From Acinetobacter phage ABPH49: DNA of 64,000 nucleotides. Where the stretch lies: sequence record MH533020.1; one strand, given 5' to 3'. Numbering within the stretch: the first letter of the stretch is position 1; each line of letters opens with the position of its first letter. Shown piece after piece: positions 33,922 through 42,397 of this stretch. A model generated the notes under the pieces. It saw nothing but the letters and a program-made list of their open reading frames with translations, was not told the origin of the DNA and did no database searches. Made by a program: the position numbers and the translations under genes.

Positions 33922-34929
33922 ATGACTCTGCAAACTCAAATCTCTACTATCAAAGATGTAAACCGCGCTTATGGCTACACCGATTGTGGCTCTCTGGTCC
34001 GCAAACTGGGTAACAAGAAGCTGAATGCAGCTGACCGAAACATCGCGTATGACCTGAACTTTGACGACCTCCTGATGATGGGTTATAAACTCTCTGGCAA
34101 CGGCACCTGTGACTATACCGGCTTACCTTTCTTCGGTACCGATAACGAAGCCTTCGCCCCGACCATCGAGCGTATCGACGACTGCAAGGGCTATGTCCGT
34201 GGCAATATCGCCATTGTTGGTGCCCGGGCAAACTATCTCAAAGATAAGTTTATCGACAAGAACCATCAGGACCCTTCCGATCTGGAGCTGAGCAAAGACG
34301 ACATCAAGATCATCAACGCCATGCTGCCGCGTGTACACGCCAAGGGTTATCTGGAAGCCCTGAAGGGGAAATACATCCCTAACTTCGCAACCGAAGAAGA
34401 ACTGGTAAAAATGCTGGACGAGAAGTGGTTCTTACCATCACTCCACCGCATCAACGACCAGCTGGAAGAGATCGCCAAAGGATCTGCTCCAGAGGATGGT
34501 AACATTTCCCTTCAGGGCGTGGGTGCGAAACTGGAAGTTCCTGAGGTGGATACCTCAGAAGAGGTTGATGCAGCACCTCTGGAGATCGACACCTCAACCC
34601 CGGCAGAAGATGAAGCAGAGAAGCCTTCTTTGCCAGATGATGTGGAGATTGCCGCGAGTTACGCAAAACTCTGCCGGGCACTGGGTAAAGTGATGACTGT
34701 GAATATCACCTTCAGCCAGTACAAGAGTATCTACACCAACAAGCGTTGCCCGTTCACCGGTGAAGAGTTGACAGAGCGTTACCCTCTGATCCTCGACCGA
34801 TCGTTGCCTCTGGAGTCTGGCAACGTGAAGATGACCAGCAACCGAGTTGGGCAGGCAATGAACGAATTTATCGACGCCACAGGCCTGTCTGTTTTCGAAC
34901 TGGCTAAAAACCTGAAGAAGTTGGCGTAA
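33922..34929 (+). CDS. protein with two degenerate Endonuclease VII-like (beta-beta-alpha-Me) repeats
   Basis: internal duplication; KGYVRGNIAIVGARANYLKDKF and SGNVKMTSNRVGQAMNEF resemble T4 Endo VII GKVRGLLCNLCNAAEGQ.KHKF, but the Cys/His ligands are mostly absent. Confidence 0.65.
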   Translation: MTLQTQISTIKDVNRAYGYTDCGSLVRKLGNKKLNAADRNIAYDLNFDDLLMMGYKLSGNGTCDYTGLPFFGTDNEAFAPTIERIDDCKGYVRGNIAIVGARANYLKDKFIDKNHQDPSDLELSKDDIKIINAMLPRVHAKGYLEALKGKYIPNFATEEELVKMLDEKWFLPSLHRINDQLEEIAKGSAPEDGNISLQGVGAKLEVPEVDTSEEVDAAPLEIDTSTPAEDEAEKPSLPDDVEIAASYAKLCRALGKVMTVNITFSQYKSIYTNKRCPFTGEELTERYPLILDRSLPLESGNVKMTSNRVGQAMNEFIDATGLSVFELAKNLKKLA

Positions 34930-34960
34930 CACCACAGGGCAAACAACAAAGAGGATAGCA

Positions 34961-35167
34961 ATGAACGAAGAACTGATAGTTGATAGCGGGGAATATCCCG
35001 GCGTAGCCACCCCAAAGTTTAAGGTTGGTGACCGGGTACGCGACCTCGTAACTCAAAATGTGTTTTACATTGCGAGTGCGGTGTGGCAACCAGCCTTCGA
35101 AAACTGGTGCTACTCTTCCGGCGAAGATACGATGTTTATCTCGGAAGTCGATCTCGAAGGGGTGTAA
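34961..35167 (+). CDS. hypothetical protein (68 aa)
   Basis: AAAGAGGA RBS. Confidence 0.6.
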   Translation: MNEELIVDSGEYPGVATPKFKVGDRVRDLVTQNVFYIASAVWQPAFENWCYSSGEDTMFISEVDLEGV

Positions 35168-35174
35168 AAACCCT

Positions 35175-35203
35175 TGACACTGAAACAGGAGCATGTAACA
35201 ATG
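35175..35203 (+). promoter_or_regulatory. promoter TTGACA-N16-TAACAAT with hairpin GGAGCAT-GTAACA-ATGCTCC
   Basis: motifs read directly on the plus strand. Confidence 0.4.
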
Positions 35204-35236
35204 CTCCTGTTCTCACATAAACCCAAGGAGTTATAA

Positions 35237-35833
35237 ATGGTCACTTTTGAAGAAATGAACAATATTATCAGTATCGAGCGTGTTAAAATCGAGGATTGTT
35301 CGAAGCCTCTCCGAGTTTTCCGCCTGAAAGTCCGCGAAGATGGTTCTATGGAGCATGAAGAGCAGGGCTACGCACTGACAGAAGAGTCCCTGAATACCAT
35401 CCGCCAGTCAGGCTATGATATTGTTCAGGTGGAAGATATCATCGCTGCGGACATGCCTGCTCGGATATTTTACGATCTGGACCAATTGGCTGCGACAACC
35501 GGTGCGGTTGCTTTCCTTGAGGAAGAAGCGCGCCGCCTGCGCCTTGCTTGGGATATTGCGTCGGCAAAGCGCGTCATGGAAGAGGAAGAGAAAAAAGAGT
35601 CCCTTAAAAAGTCGGTGGCTGTTCTCGGCCTTTGTGGGGTAAGTGGCAAACTGATAAGGGACATCCTTGCCGAGCGCCACGGGGTCAGCTGCCTGATGGC
35701 TCGCCCAAACGATGTTTGGGATTTCCCGCAAGAGATGTTGGCGGACACCCCGCAGGAAAGCTGGAAACAGACAAAGCTTCGCCGGGGGCCGGGCCACAAT
35801 AAATTCAGCAAGCGTAAGGGGAAGAAAAAATAA
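35237..35833 (+). CDS. hypothetical protein (198 aa) with basic C-tail
   Basis: AAGGAG RBS. Confidence 0.65.
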   Translation: MVTFEEMNNIISIERVKIEDCSKPLRVFRLKVREDGSMEHEEQGYALTEESLNTIRQSGYDIVQVEDIIAADMPARIFYDLDQLAATTGAVAFLEEEARRLRLAWDIASAKRVMEEEEKKESLKKSVAVLGLCGVSGKLIRDILAERHGVSCLMARPNDVWDFPQEMLADTPQESWKQTKLRRGPGHNKFSKRKGKKK

Positions 35834-36192
35834 TGAAAGACGTAGACTATTACCGGTCTATTTACAACCGGGATGAACTCAATCTTGAGAAAATCCTGAT
35901 GCTTCTTGACGAGACCTGTAAGGACCGTGACAACGATTCACTCATCGACCGTCCACTTGGATACCTTCGTGACATTCTCGCCCTTGGCGAGGCGTACAGG
36001 AAGGAATTGTACGCAGTTCGTGTGGTTGGTCTGTCGAAGTTTGTTTCTGGCGACTTGGTTGTCGATAAGGTTCTCGGATTTAAGTTCGAGGTAACAGACG
36101 CGCAGGTCGAACTTAACGACGGCGCTTACAAATGGATGTACCGCCGTGGTGCATACTGGATCCCAGAGGAAGACTTGGAGGAAGTGCAATGA
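35833..36192 (+). CDS. hypothetical protein (119 aa)
   Basis: ATGA overlap. Confidence 0.6.
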   Translation: MKDVDYYRSIYNRDELNLEKILMLLDETCKDRDNDSLIDRPLGYLRDILALGEAYRKELYAVRVVGLSKFVSGDLVVDKVLGFKFEVTDAQVELNDGAYKWMYRRGAYWIPEEDLEEVQ

Positions 36193-36464
36193 AAAGTGCA
36201 GATGCAGCAATCCGCGAAGCCATTTCAGCTTTGCGTTATCTGGCAAAACACGAACGCCCTGTCGGTGGTGAAAGCCTGTTCAACTCGGCTCACCTCGAAC
36301 AGCTGGCTCAGCAACTGGTACCAGTCCAATACGAGGTTGGGTTTGTTGTTCAGTTGCCGAAAGGTCTGGCGAAGAATATCAAAGATGACGGGTATTACCG
36401 TGGGGTCTGCGATATGATGGACTGTGTTCGCGCCGCAGGTAGTAAGATGGTAGGGGACGAATGA
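36189..36464 (+). CDS. hypothetical protein (91 aa)
   Basis: ATGA overlap; start MKSADAAIRE. Confidence 0.55.
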   Translation: MKSADAAIREAISALRYLAKHERPVGGESLFNSAHLEQLAQQLVPVQYEVGFVVQLPKGLAKNIKDDGYYRGVCDMMDCVRAAGSKMVGDE

Positions 36465-36646
36465 TGACAAAATCTCATGAAGAGCGTATCCTGTTTGCAC
36501 AGGTTAACGATATGCCGATGGACTTTGTTGATTGGTTCTTCGATAACAAAGCCCCGGCAATCAGCAGCTCGATGGTTCTGTGTGCAGCGGCCTTCATGTA
36601 TGAAGGTTGGAAAGGTCGTGACGATCAAGATGGCCGGGGGTGTTAA
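36461..36646 (+). CDS. hypothetical protein (61 aa)
   Basis: ORF, overlap-coupled to its neighbours. Confidence 0.5.
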   Translation: MMTKSHEERILFAQVNDMPMDFVDWFFDNKAPAISSSMVLCAAAFMYEGWKGRDDQDGRGC

Positions 36647-37093
36647 ATGAGTATGACTCCAGAGCAAAAGAAGATCCTGATTGACACCTGCAACGTGTTA
36701 ATAAAAAGGGAGAATACCTCCGAGTATTCTGATAACCTGCGTGAAGTGGCGAAGGTCGCACTGTCCGTTCTGACTGACAGCAAAGACCCGATCGCATACC
36801 TGACTTGGCATCAGGGTTGCCGGGCACCGGATGATTGTGAGTATTATCTGGAAGCTTGGATGCACAAAACTGAAGAGCGCAGCATTGACGGGAGTCCTGC
36901 AATTCCCGTGTACGCCAATCCGTGGGAAGTTCGTAATCCTGATTATTGGATCACTTATTACCCGGAAGTGGTCGGCTTCGATGACAAAGCCCACTCCCAA
37001 AGTGGCGCGGAGTCCTGTGCGAAACGTATTGCCAAAGAGATCGGCGGTTTTGTCCGCCCTGTCTATATTGGCGACATCCAAAAAGTGGTCTGA
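36647..37093 (+). CDS. hypothetical protein (148 aa)
   Basis: ORF. Confidence 0.6.
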   Translation: MSMTPEQKKILIDTCNVLIKRENTSEYSDNLREVAKVALSVLTDSKDPIAYLTWHQGCRAPDDCEYYLEAWMHKTEERSIDGSPAIPVYANPWEVRNPDYWITYYPEVVGFDDKAHSQSGAESCAKRIAKEIGGFVRPVYIGDIQKVV

Positions 37094-37109
37094 CCGAGGA
37101 GATAAAATC

Positions 37110-37472
37110 ATGGGTTTTGAAAAGGATAAGCAGTACAAGTTCCTGAGTGCAACCACCCGTCAGCGCTTCGTTGACCGAGGTGTCGCAGATGCTGACGATT
37201 ATGTGGCTAACGAGATAATTGGCGATAAATCCTTCACCGTTCTGCATATCGATTCAGCGGGTTGTGTGACGGAGATTAAAGTTGGAGAGAAAGTGTTCAC
37301 CAGCGATGATATCGACCAGTCTTTCCTCTTTGATGAGGAAGAGATCGAGTTCTTCTACGAGTACGTTCCCGTAGATGACCCGGCGTACCGGTCGTATCTG
37401 GTGGGTAAGCTGGCCGCACTCCGTGAAGAGTGCGATGCAATCGAGCAAGAAATCAACAACCTTAAAAAGTGA
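37110..37472 (+). CDS. hypothetical acidic protein (120 aa)
   Basis: GAGGAG RBS before ATG 37110 (MGFEKDKQYKF). Confidence 0.6.
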   Translation: MGFEKDKQYKFLSATTRQRFVDRGVADADDYVANEIIGDKSFTVLHIDSAGCVTEIKVGEKVFTSDDIDQSFLFDEEEIEFFYEYVPVDDPAYRSYLVGKLAALREECDAIEQEINNLKK

Positions 37473-37480
37473 GGTGACAA

Positions 37481-37666
37481 ATGGTAATGCATGAAGTTAT
37501 GAATCCGATTATGGACCTGATCGACGACATCTGCGATGGTAATACAGAGCTGGCAATGAAGGCATTGGTTCTGTGCACAGCAACCTTGCTGGCGCAAAAC
37601 GACATGGATGGTGTTGAGATCGGCGTTGCCGGTCAAAAGATCACAGTAACGATCGAGGAAGAGTAA
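37481..37666 (+). CDS. hypothetical protein (61 aa)
   Basis: GAGGTG RBS. Confidence 0.55.
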   Translation: MVMHEVMNPIMDLIDDICDGNTELAMKALVLCTATLLAQNDMDGVEIGVAGQKITVTIEEE

Positions 37667-37667
37667 T

Positions 37668-37985
37668 ATGTGGTACGTCACACTGACGTCACTTCTCTTC
37701 CATGCATTGGTTCTGGTATTCATAGTCTGGCCGGTGATTCGTGAGACGTCGAGGGCGATCGCCCGCTGCGCCTCCATCTACCGCTGGACAATGGCTGGCC
37801 GCGAAGCAAACGGCCTGCCGAAATACCGGTGGAAGGTGTTCAAGTACAGCTGCGGCTGGTTCTGGAACTTCTTCGGGAGTGAAATAACCCGGGTGTCATC
37901 TAACCACGGAGAGTGGTTCGGCATTGGCGATTGGAAGGTCTACACAGGGGATAAAGATGAGAGCGCTGCTGAAGATCGAATGTAA
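37668..37985 (+). CDS. membrane protein (105 aa)
   Basis: N-terminal TM helix. Confidence 0.6.
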   Translation: MWYVTLTSLLFHALVLVFIVWPVIRETSRAIARCASIYRWTMAGREANGLPKYRWKVFKYSCGWFWNFFGSEITRVSSNHGEWFGIGDWKVYTGDKDESAAEDRM

Positions 37986-38145
37986 AGGGAAGGTCTTGTT
38001 CAACAGCGGGGTCCAGCACGATGTCCCCGAGGTTGGAGAGAAGATCTGGGTGAACTTCAAAGAGGTGGAGGTTACTGAGATAAAGAAACTGTACAGCCGC
38101 GACGAAGTCGTTGCACTGGTGGAGGTAAAGAAAAATGAACAATAA
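37957..38145 (+). CDS. hypothetical protein (~62 aa; MRALLKIECKG)
   Basis: GGGGATAAAG RBS. Confidence 0.5.
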   Translation: MRALLKIECKGKVLFNSGVQHDVPEVGEKIWVNFKEVEVTEIKKLYSRDEVVALVEVKKNEQ

Positions 38146-38362
38146 TGAGCGTCCAACAGTCATGTACGCAGTATATGACACCGTACTCAACGAGATCCCG
38201 CAGATGGGTCACGTACTGACACCAACTCAAAAGGCGGTGTTTGGTATTGAACGAGATGCAGCATACATTGTTGCGAACTGCAACTTTAAGCATCCCAATC
38301 GGTTCCGAGTAGTTCCTGTTGAGATTTTCCATGTTGACAACGTGGAACAACCCATGCAATAA
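38135..38362 (+). CDS. hypothetical protein (75 aa)
   Basis: GGAGG RBS. Confidence 0.6.
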   Translation: MNNNERPTVMYAVYDTVLNEIPQMGHVLTPTQKAVFGIERDAAYIVANCNFKHPNRFRVVPVEIFHVDNVEQPMQ

Positions 38363-38376
38363 TGCTCCACATGAAG

Positions 38377-38402
38377 ACGGCCCACACCGGGCCGTTATTT
38401 AG
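38377..38402 (+). terminator. rho-independent terminator ACGGCCC-ACACC-GGGCCGT-TATTT
   Basis: 7-bp GC stem plus T-run. Confidence 0.55.
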
Positions 38403-38411
38403 GAGTTTGAA

Positions 38412-38846
38412 ATGCAATTCGATATTGATGATTACCGTGTGACAATCAAAGACAGCAAGTCTGACACGATTATCGATGCCCTCTTTGGACACCACCCGGG
38501 CAATAAGTTTGCGGTGATCTCCCTCCCAGATGAGTTGATGCACCCCGCCATAATCCCTTTTGTGAAGTTTAAGATAAAAATGATGATTGACTTCACGGAG
38601 AGAAAGAGTAAGATGAATTCCACTTCTCGATACATTCCCAACCGGGATCGTCCAACGAAGTGGGTGGTGCGGAAGTTCAAGTCCGAGTTTGAAAAGGTTC
38701 ATGGTCACGACATTGAGGTCGCGAAGACAAACTGGGATTACAACAAGGCACCAAAGCATAACAACACAGGCCGGTTTGGGGACCTGAAAGCATTCTGCGG
38801 GATGCGAAAAGGACAGGAACTTGACCTCGTAGCGAAAGGAGAGTGA
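38412..38846 (+). CDS. hypothetical protein (144 aa)
   Basis: AGGAG RBS. Confidence 0.65.
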   Translation: MQFDIDDYRVTIKDSKSDTIIDALFGHHPGNKFAVISLPDELMHPAIIPFVKFKIKMMIDFTERKSKMNSTSRYIPNRDRPTKWVVRKFKSEFEKVHGHDIEVAKTNWDYNKAPKHNNTGRFGDLKAFCGMRKGQELDLVAKGE

Positions 38847-38847
38847 G

Positions 38848-39363
38848 ATGACTACGCCATACTCAGAGTACATGGCCCGTCAGTTGGAGGGGTGTGTAAA
38901 CGACCCAGAGGGTCCTCGATACTACGGTAATATTGAGGTGGATCTCGAAGATATAACTGATCAGCAAGAAAAAGCGTTGATGGAACAGTTCAAATCTATC
39001 GGCGTGTCCTGTCAGATGATAAACAATCTGGACAGGCCGGTATTGATAGGTTTTGAGAGTGAAGAATACATAGGTTGGTCAATTTTATCCTGCGTAACTC
39101 TCGGCCTGTTTAACAAGACTCATTACGATGTTGGTCGAGATCTTGTCCGGGTGAGTATGTATGCCATGAAGTATGGACTGCAAAAATACACCGTGGAGGA
39201 GAATGCGGTGTATCTCGAGTTCATGATTTATTTGGCAAACAACCAGTTCTGTAATTGGGAAGATGCGGTAACACGGGTAAACTCTGTGTACCCAGATCTC
39301 CCCCGGTCAGAGATCAACAAGGCTGGGGATCGTATTCGTCGTGAAGTTGCGGGGTTGGAATAA
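38848..39363 (+). CDS. hypothetical protein (171 aa)
   Basis: GGAGAG RBS. Confidence 0.65.
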   Translation: MTTPYSEYMARQLEGCVNDPEGPRYYGNIEVDLEDITDQQEKALMEQFKSIGVSCQMINNLDRPVLIGFESEEYIGWSILSCVTLGLFNKTHYDVGRDLVRVSMYAMKYGLQKYTVEENAVYLEFMIYLANNQFCNWEDAVTRVNSVYPDLPRSEINKAGDRIRREVAGLE

Positions 39364-39860
39364 TGATTGATTACCAAATTGGGGATTTGTTCCCACACGC
39401 TTACGCCTCGGTACTGGAAGGCCACCCAACGGTTGTTGCACACTGTTGCAACTGCTTCAACACGATGAAGTCTGGGATTGCACCGCTGGTTGCGAAGAAC
39501 TTCCCAGAGGCAGAGTCCGTTGATAAGCTGACCACCAAAGGTGATCGTGGCAAACTGGGAACCACAACAGAGGCCTTCAGTCAGGGCATTCTGGTGTTCA
39601 ACCTGTACGGCCAGTTTGGCTACTGGAAACGTCGTGAAGGTAAGATGGACCTCGAGTACCCAGCCCTTGACTCTGCCCTCGGTCAAATGGCCGCAAGCAT
39701 TCACGCAAAGTGCCGGGTCAATGATATCCGTCCCAACGAGGTGAAGGTACTCTTGCCGATGATCGGTGCCGGTCTGGCAGGTGGTGATTGGAACGTAATT
39801 TCCCAGCTGATCGAGAAAAATCTCGGTAAATTCAGCGTTACTGTTTTCAAATTGAAATAG
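39363..39860 (+). CDS. macro-domain protein (ADP-ribose binding/processing; Poa1p/YmdB-like)
   Basis: N-terminal VVAHCCNCFNTMKSGIA and C-terminal LLPMIGAGLAGGDWNVI match the two glycine-rich macro-domain motifs. Confidence 0.7.
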   Translation: MIDYQIGDLFPHAYASVLEGHPTVVAHCCNCFNTMKSGIAPLVAKNFPEAESVDKLTTKGDRGKLGTTTEAFSQGILVFNLYGQFGYWKRREGKMDLEYPALDSALGQMAASIHAKCRVNDIRPNEVKVLLPMIGAGLAGGDWNVISQLIEKNLGKFSVTVFKLK

Positions 39861-39868
39861 GAGAGAAG

Positions 39869-41236
39869 ATGAGCGAGTACAAAGATCAGTACGAAGGTAA
39901 AGTGTTTGGTGGTGAGTTGGCCCTGATGGCCTGCTATGCTTGCAACCTGTACGGTAATCTGCGTAAAGACATGCGGGGCCGATTCAAAGACAACACTTCT
40001 GTGGAGACGTCTTCCGTGGAGAAGCTGGTTGTTGACAACGACACCATGATCGCGATCACCCGCAACACCGCGTATGCGTTGGTCGGCCCGTTGGTTGAGA
40101 GAGCGGTTAGTAAATCCTACGGCATGATGGCTCTATGGGACGCTGCTGTAGCAGAGCACAAAGTGGCTGTCGTTGCAGGGTTCAAAGGCCGCAAGTACCC
40201 AAGTACCGGCCAATTCCGCAATGCGATCCGCCATGCAAAACAAGTGCTGTCGTTCGAAGGCCTTGACGCCGAGGGTAATCCGATGTACGCTCCCGGCCCA
40301 TACCCGAAAATTGCCTACGGCGGTACTGTTAAGATCCACGGCACCAACGGGAGTTTCTTCAAGCTTCACCCGGAAGCCGAGATCGTTTACCAGTCCAAAG
40401 AGCGCGTTCTGTCTCTGGAGAGCGACAACTATGGCTTCTATGCCAAGTACAAGCCGAAAGAGGACGTAATTAACGGCATCTTCGGTGAGGTCGTCGAATA
40501 CCTGAAAGGATCCGGCCTTGATGATGGTGAGATTTATCCGATCCGCATCAGTGGTGAGTACGCCGGTGAAGGTATCCAGCGCGGGGTTGCAGTTGGTGAA
40601 GTGCCACGCTTCTTTGCCATCTTCGGTATTGCCTTTGGCCCAGAGCAGAACTGGTTGCCGGAAGTTGATGGTTTCGGTCATGATCTTGAAGATCATCGCA
40701 TCTTCAACATCGTCGACCTCGGCGGCGTAGACATTCTGTATCTGGACGTGGAAAACCCTCAGGCAATCCAGAATGAGCTGATTGAGCGGACGCTCGCGGT
40801 AGAGAAAGAGTGCCCGGTTGGTAAGTTCTTCGGCGTGACTGGTGTCGGAGAAGGTAAGGTATGGAAGCCTCTGGCTGCGGAATACGCAGGGGACACTGGC
40901 CTGTGGTTCAAGGTGAAGGGTGAGAAGCACTCCACCACCAAGGTCAAGACACTGGCGGAGATCGACCCGGTTAAGCTGGCTAACATCGCGGAGTTTGTTG
41001 AGTACGCACTGACCGATGCTCGTCTGGATCAGGGGTTGGCAGAACTCTTCCCAGATGGTAAGCTGGATATCCGTCGCACTGGTGACCTGCTGCGTTGGGT
41101 TAACCGCGACATCCACAAAGAAGAGTCTGACGTTCTGGAGAAGTCCGGCCTGACGATGAAGGATATCTCCAACGCCGTCGGTCTGAAGACCCGCACTTGG
41201 TTCTTCGAGCAGATTAACAATCAGGAGGTGGTGTAA
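39869..41236 (+). CDS. ATP-dependent RNA ligase (Rnl2-like nucleotidyltransferase)
   Basis: motif I KIHGTN (adenylated lysine, as in T4 Rnl2), motif IV-like EYAGEGIQ, motif V-like LWFKVKGEKH. Confidence 0.75.
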   Translation: MSEYKDQYEGKVFGGELALMACYACNLYGNLRKDMRGRFKDNTSVETSSVEKLVVDNDTMIAITRNTAYALVGPLVERAVSKSYGMMALWDAAVAEHKVAVVAGFKGRKYPSTGQFRNAIRHAKQVLSFEGLDAEGNPMYAPGPYPKIAYGGTVKIHGTNGSFFKLHPEAEIVYQSKERVLSLESDNYGFYAKYKPKEDVINGIFGEVVEYLKGSGLDDGEIYPIRISGEYAGEGIQRGVAVGEVPRFFAIFGIAFGPEQNWLPEVDGFGHDLEDHRIFNIVDLGGVDILYLDVENPQAIQNELIERTLAVEKECPVGKFFGVTGVGEGKVWKPLAAEYAGDTGLWFKVKGEKHSTTKVKTLAEIDPVKLANIAEFVEYALTDARLDQGLAELFPDGKLDIRRTGDLLRWVNRDIHKEESDVLEKSGLTMKDISNAVGLKTRTWFFEQINNQEVV

Positions 41237-41592
41237 TGGACATCATTCAAAGCCGTGATGGTAAGGTGGTGATCGCTGGAAACAGCCAGAGCTTGGTTAT
41301 CTCCAACTCCAACGGGGTTGTGACAGTGAATGGTGTGGAGATCTCACAGGTTTCCAACTGCTCGCTGGTCATCAAAATCGATGGCAACGCCGGACCAGTA
41401 ACCCTGAATGGCAGCGGCAATGTCGAAGTTTGGGGCAGTGTTGACGGCAACGTGCAGTCAATGTCTGGTGACATCGATATTCGCGGTTCGGTAGGTAGCG
41501 GTGTAACAAGTGCATCCGGCAATATCGAGGTCGGTGAAGAAGTCTGGGGCAACGTAACAACAATGTCCGGGGATATCCTCACCAAGCGATAA
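41236..41592 (+). CDS. beta-helical repeat protein (bactofilin/DUF583-like periodicity)
   Basis: 118 aa made of about 6-residue G-x-V/I repeats (GNVEVWGSVDGNVQSMSGDIDIRGSVGSGV...). Confidence 0.6.
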   Translation: MDIIQSRDGKVVIAGNSQSLVISNSNGVVTVNGVEISQVSNCSLVIKIDGNAGPVTLNGSGNVEVWGSVDGNVQSMSGDIDIRGSVGSGVTSASGNIEVGEEVWGNVTTMSGDILTKR

Positions 41593-41602
41593 GAACCTTT
41601 TG

Positions 41603-41628
41603 CCGCCCTTAGGTGGGCGGCTTTTCCC
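41603..41628 (+). terminator. rho-independent terminator GCCGCCC-TTAGGT-GGGCGGC-TTTTCC
   Basis: GC stem plus T-run. Confidence 0.6.
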
Positions 41629-41640
41629 ATTGGAGGTAAA

Positions 41641-42078
41641 ATGCGATTATGTGCCACTCTGTTGGCCTTTACACTGTCTTTGGCACCAGCTTTATCGTAT
41701 GCCCAAGAGAGTGCAAAGAAACCCCATCAGCGCGTCATACACACGTGCAGCACTAAAGACAACTCGACGTATGCCCTTGCCTGCAACATCTACAAGGAGG
41801 CCGAAGGAGAGGGTCTGGAGGGGCAAATGGCGATCGGTTTTGTGACGATCAACCGGGCGCAGCATGATAAGTTCCCGACGTCGGTCCGAAAAGTAGTTTA
41901 CCAGCACAAACAATTCAGCTGGACAATCTACAAAAACGGGTATAAGATTCGTAATCAAGAGGTGTGGGAACAGAGCATTAAAATCTCTAAGTTCCTGATA
42001 AAGATAAGGAATATGCCGGTGCTGTATAATTACCTTGACAACACACATGGTTCCCTGTACTTTCACACCACGCAATAA
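41641..42078 (+). CDS. secreted cell-wall hydrolase (SleB/CwlJ family, Hydrolase_2), candidate endolysin
   Basis: signal peptide MRLCATLLAFTLSLAPALSYA; ALACNIYKEAEGEGLEGQMAIGFVTINRAQHDKFPTSVRKVVYQHKQFSW matches the SleB-type signature. Confidence 0.7.
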   Translation: MRLCATLLAFTLSLAPALSYAQESAKKPHQRVIHTCSTKDNSTYALACNIYKEAEGEGLEGQMAIGFVTINRAQHDKFPTSVRKVVYQHKQFSWTIYKNGYKIRNQEVWEQSIKISKFLIKIRNMPVLYNYLDNTHGSLYFHTTQ

Positions 42079-42154
42079 AGCCTTACTGGTCAAAGTCTTT
42101 TAAGAAGACAGTGGTGATCGGTAACCACCAGTTTTATAAACTAAAGGAGCCATC

Positions 42155-42397
42155 ATGAAAGGTCGTCTGTTCAAGTCCCTCAAGTCACTGCAAATCGTTG
42201 CAATCTTCCTTGCACCAATGGCGATTTGGATCTTCGTGGGACAGTTCGTCGCAGGGATGTTTTTCTCCGGCGTGTACGCTGAACACCCAAGCATCGTGCC
42301 GTTTATGTTCATGGCTGGGTTTGCAGTTGGACGCATCGCAGAGTTGGTAATGTGCGGCATGGTGGAAGTATTCAAAAGAAAAGAGGGGATCGAGTGA
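42155..42397 (+). CDS. small 2-TM membrane protein (holin-like candidate)
   Basis: 80 aa, two hydrophobic helices, charged C-terminus; follows the cell-wall hydrolase. Confidence 0.55.
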   Translation: MKGRLFKSLKSLQIVAIFLAPMAIWIFVGQFVAGMFFSGVYAEHPSIVPFMFMAGFAVGRIAELVMCGMVEVFKRKEGIE

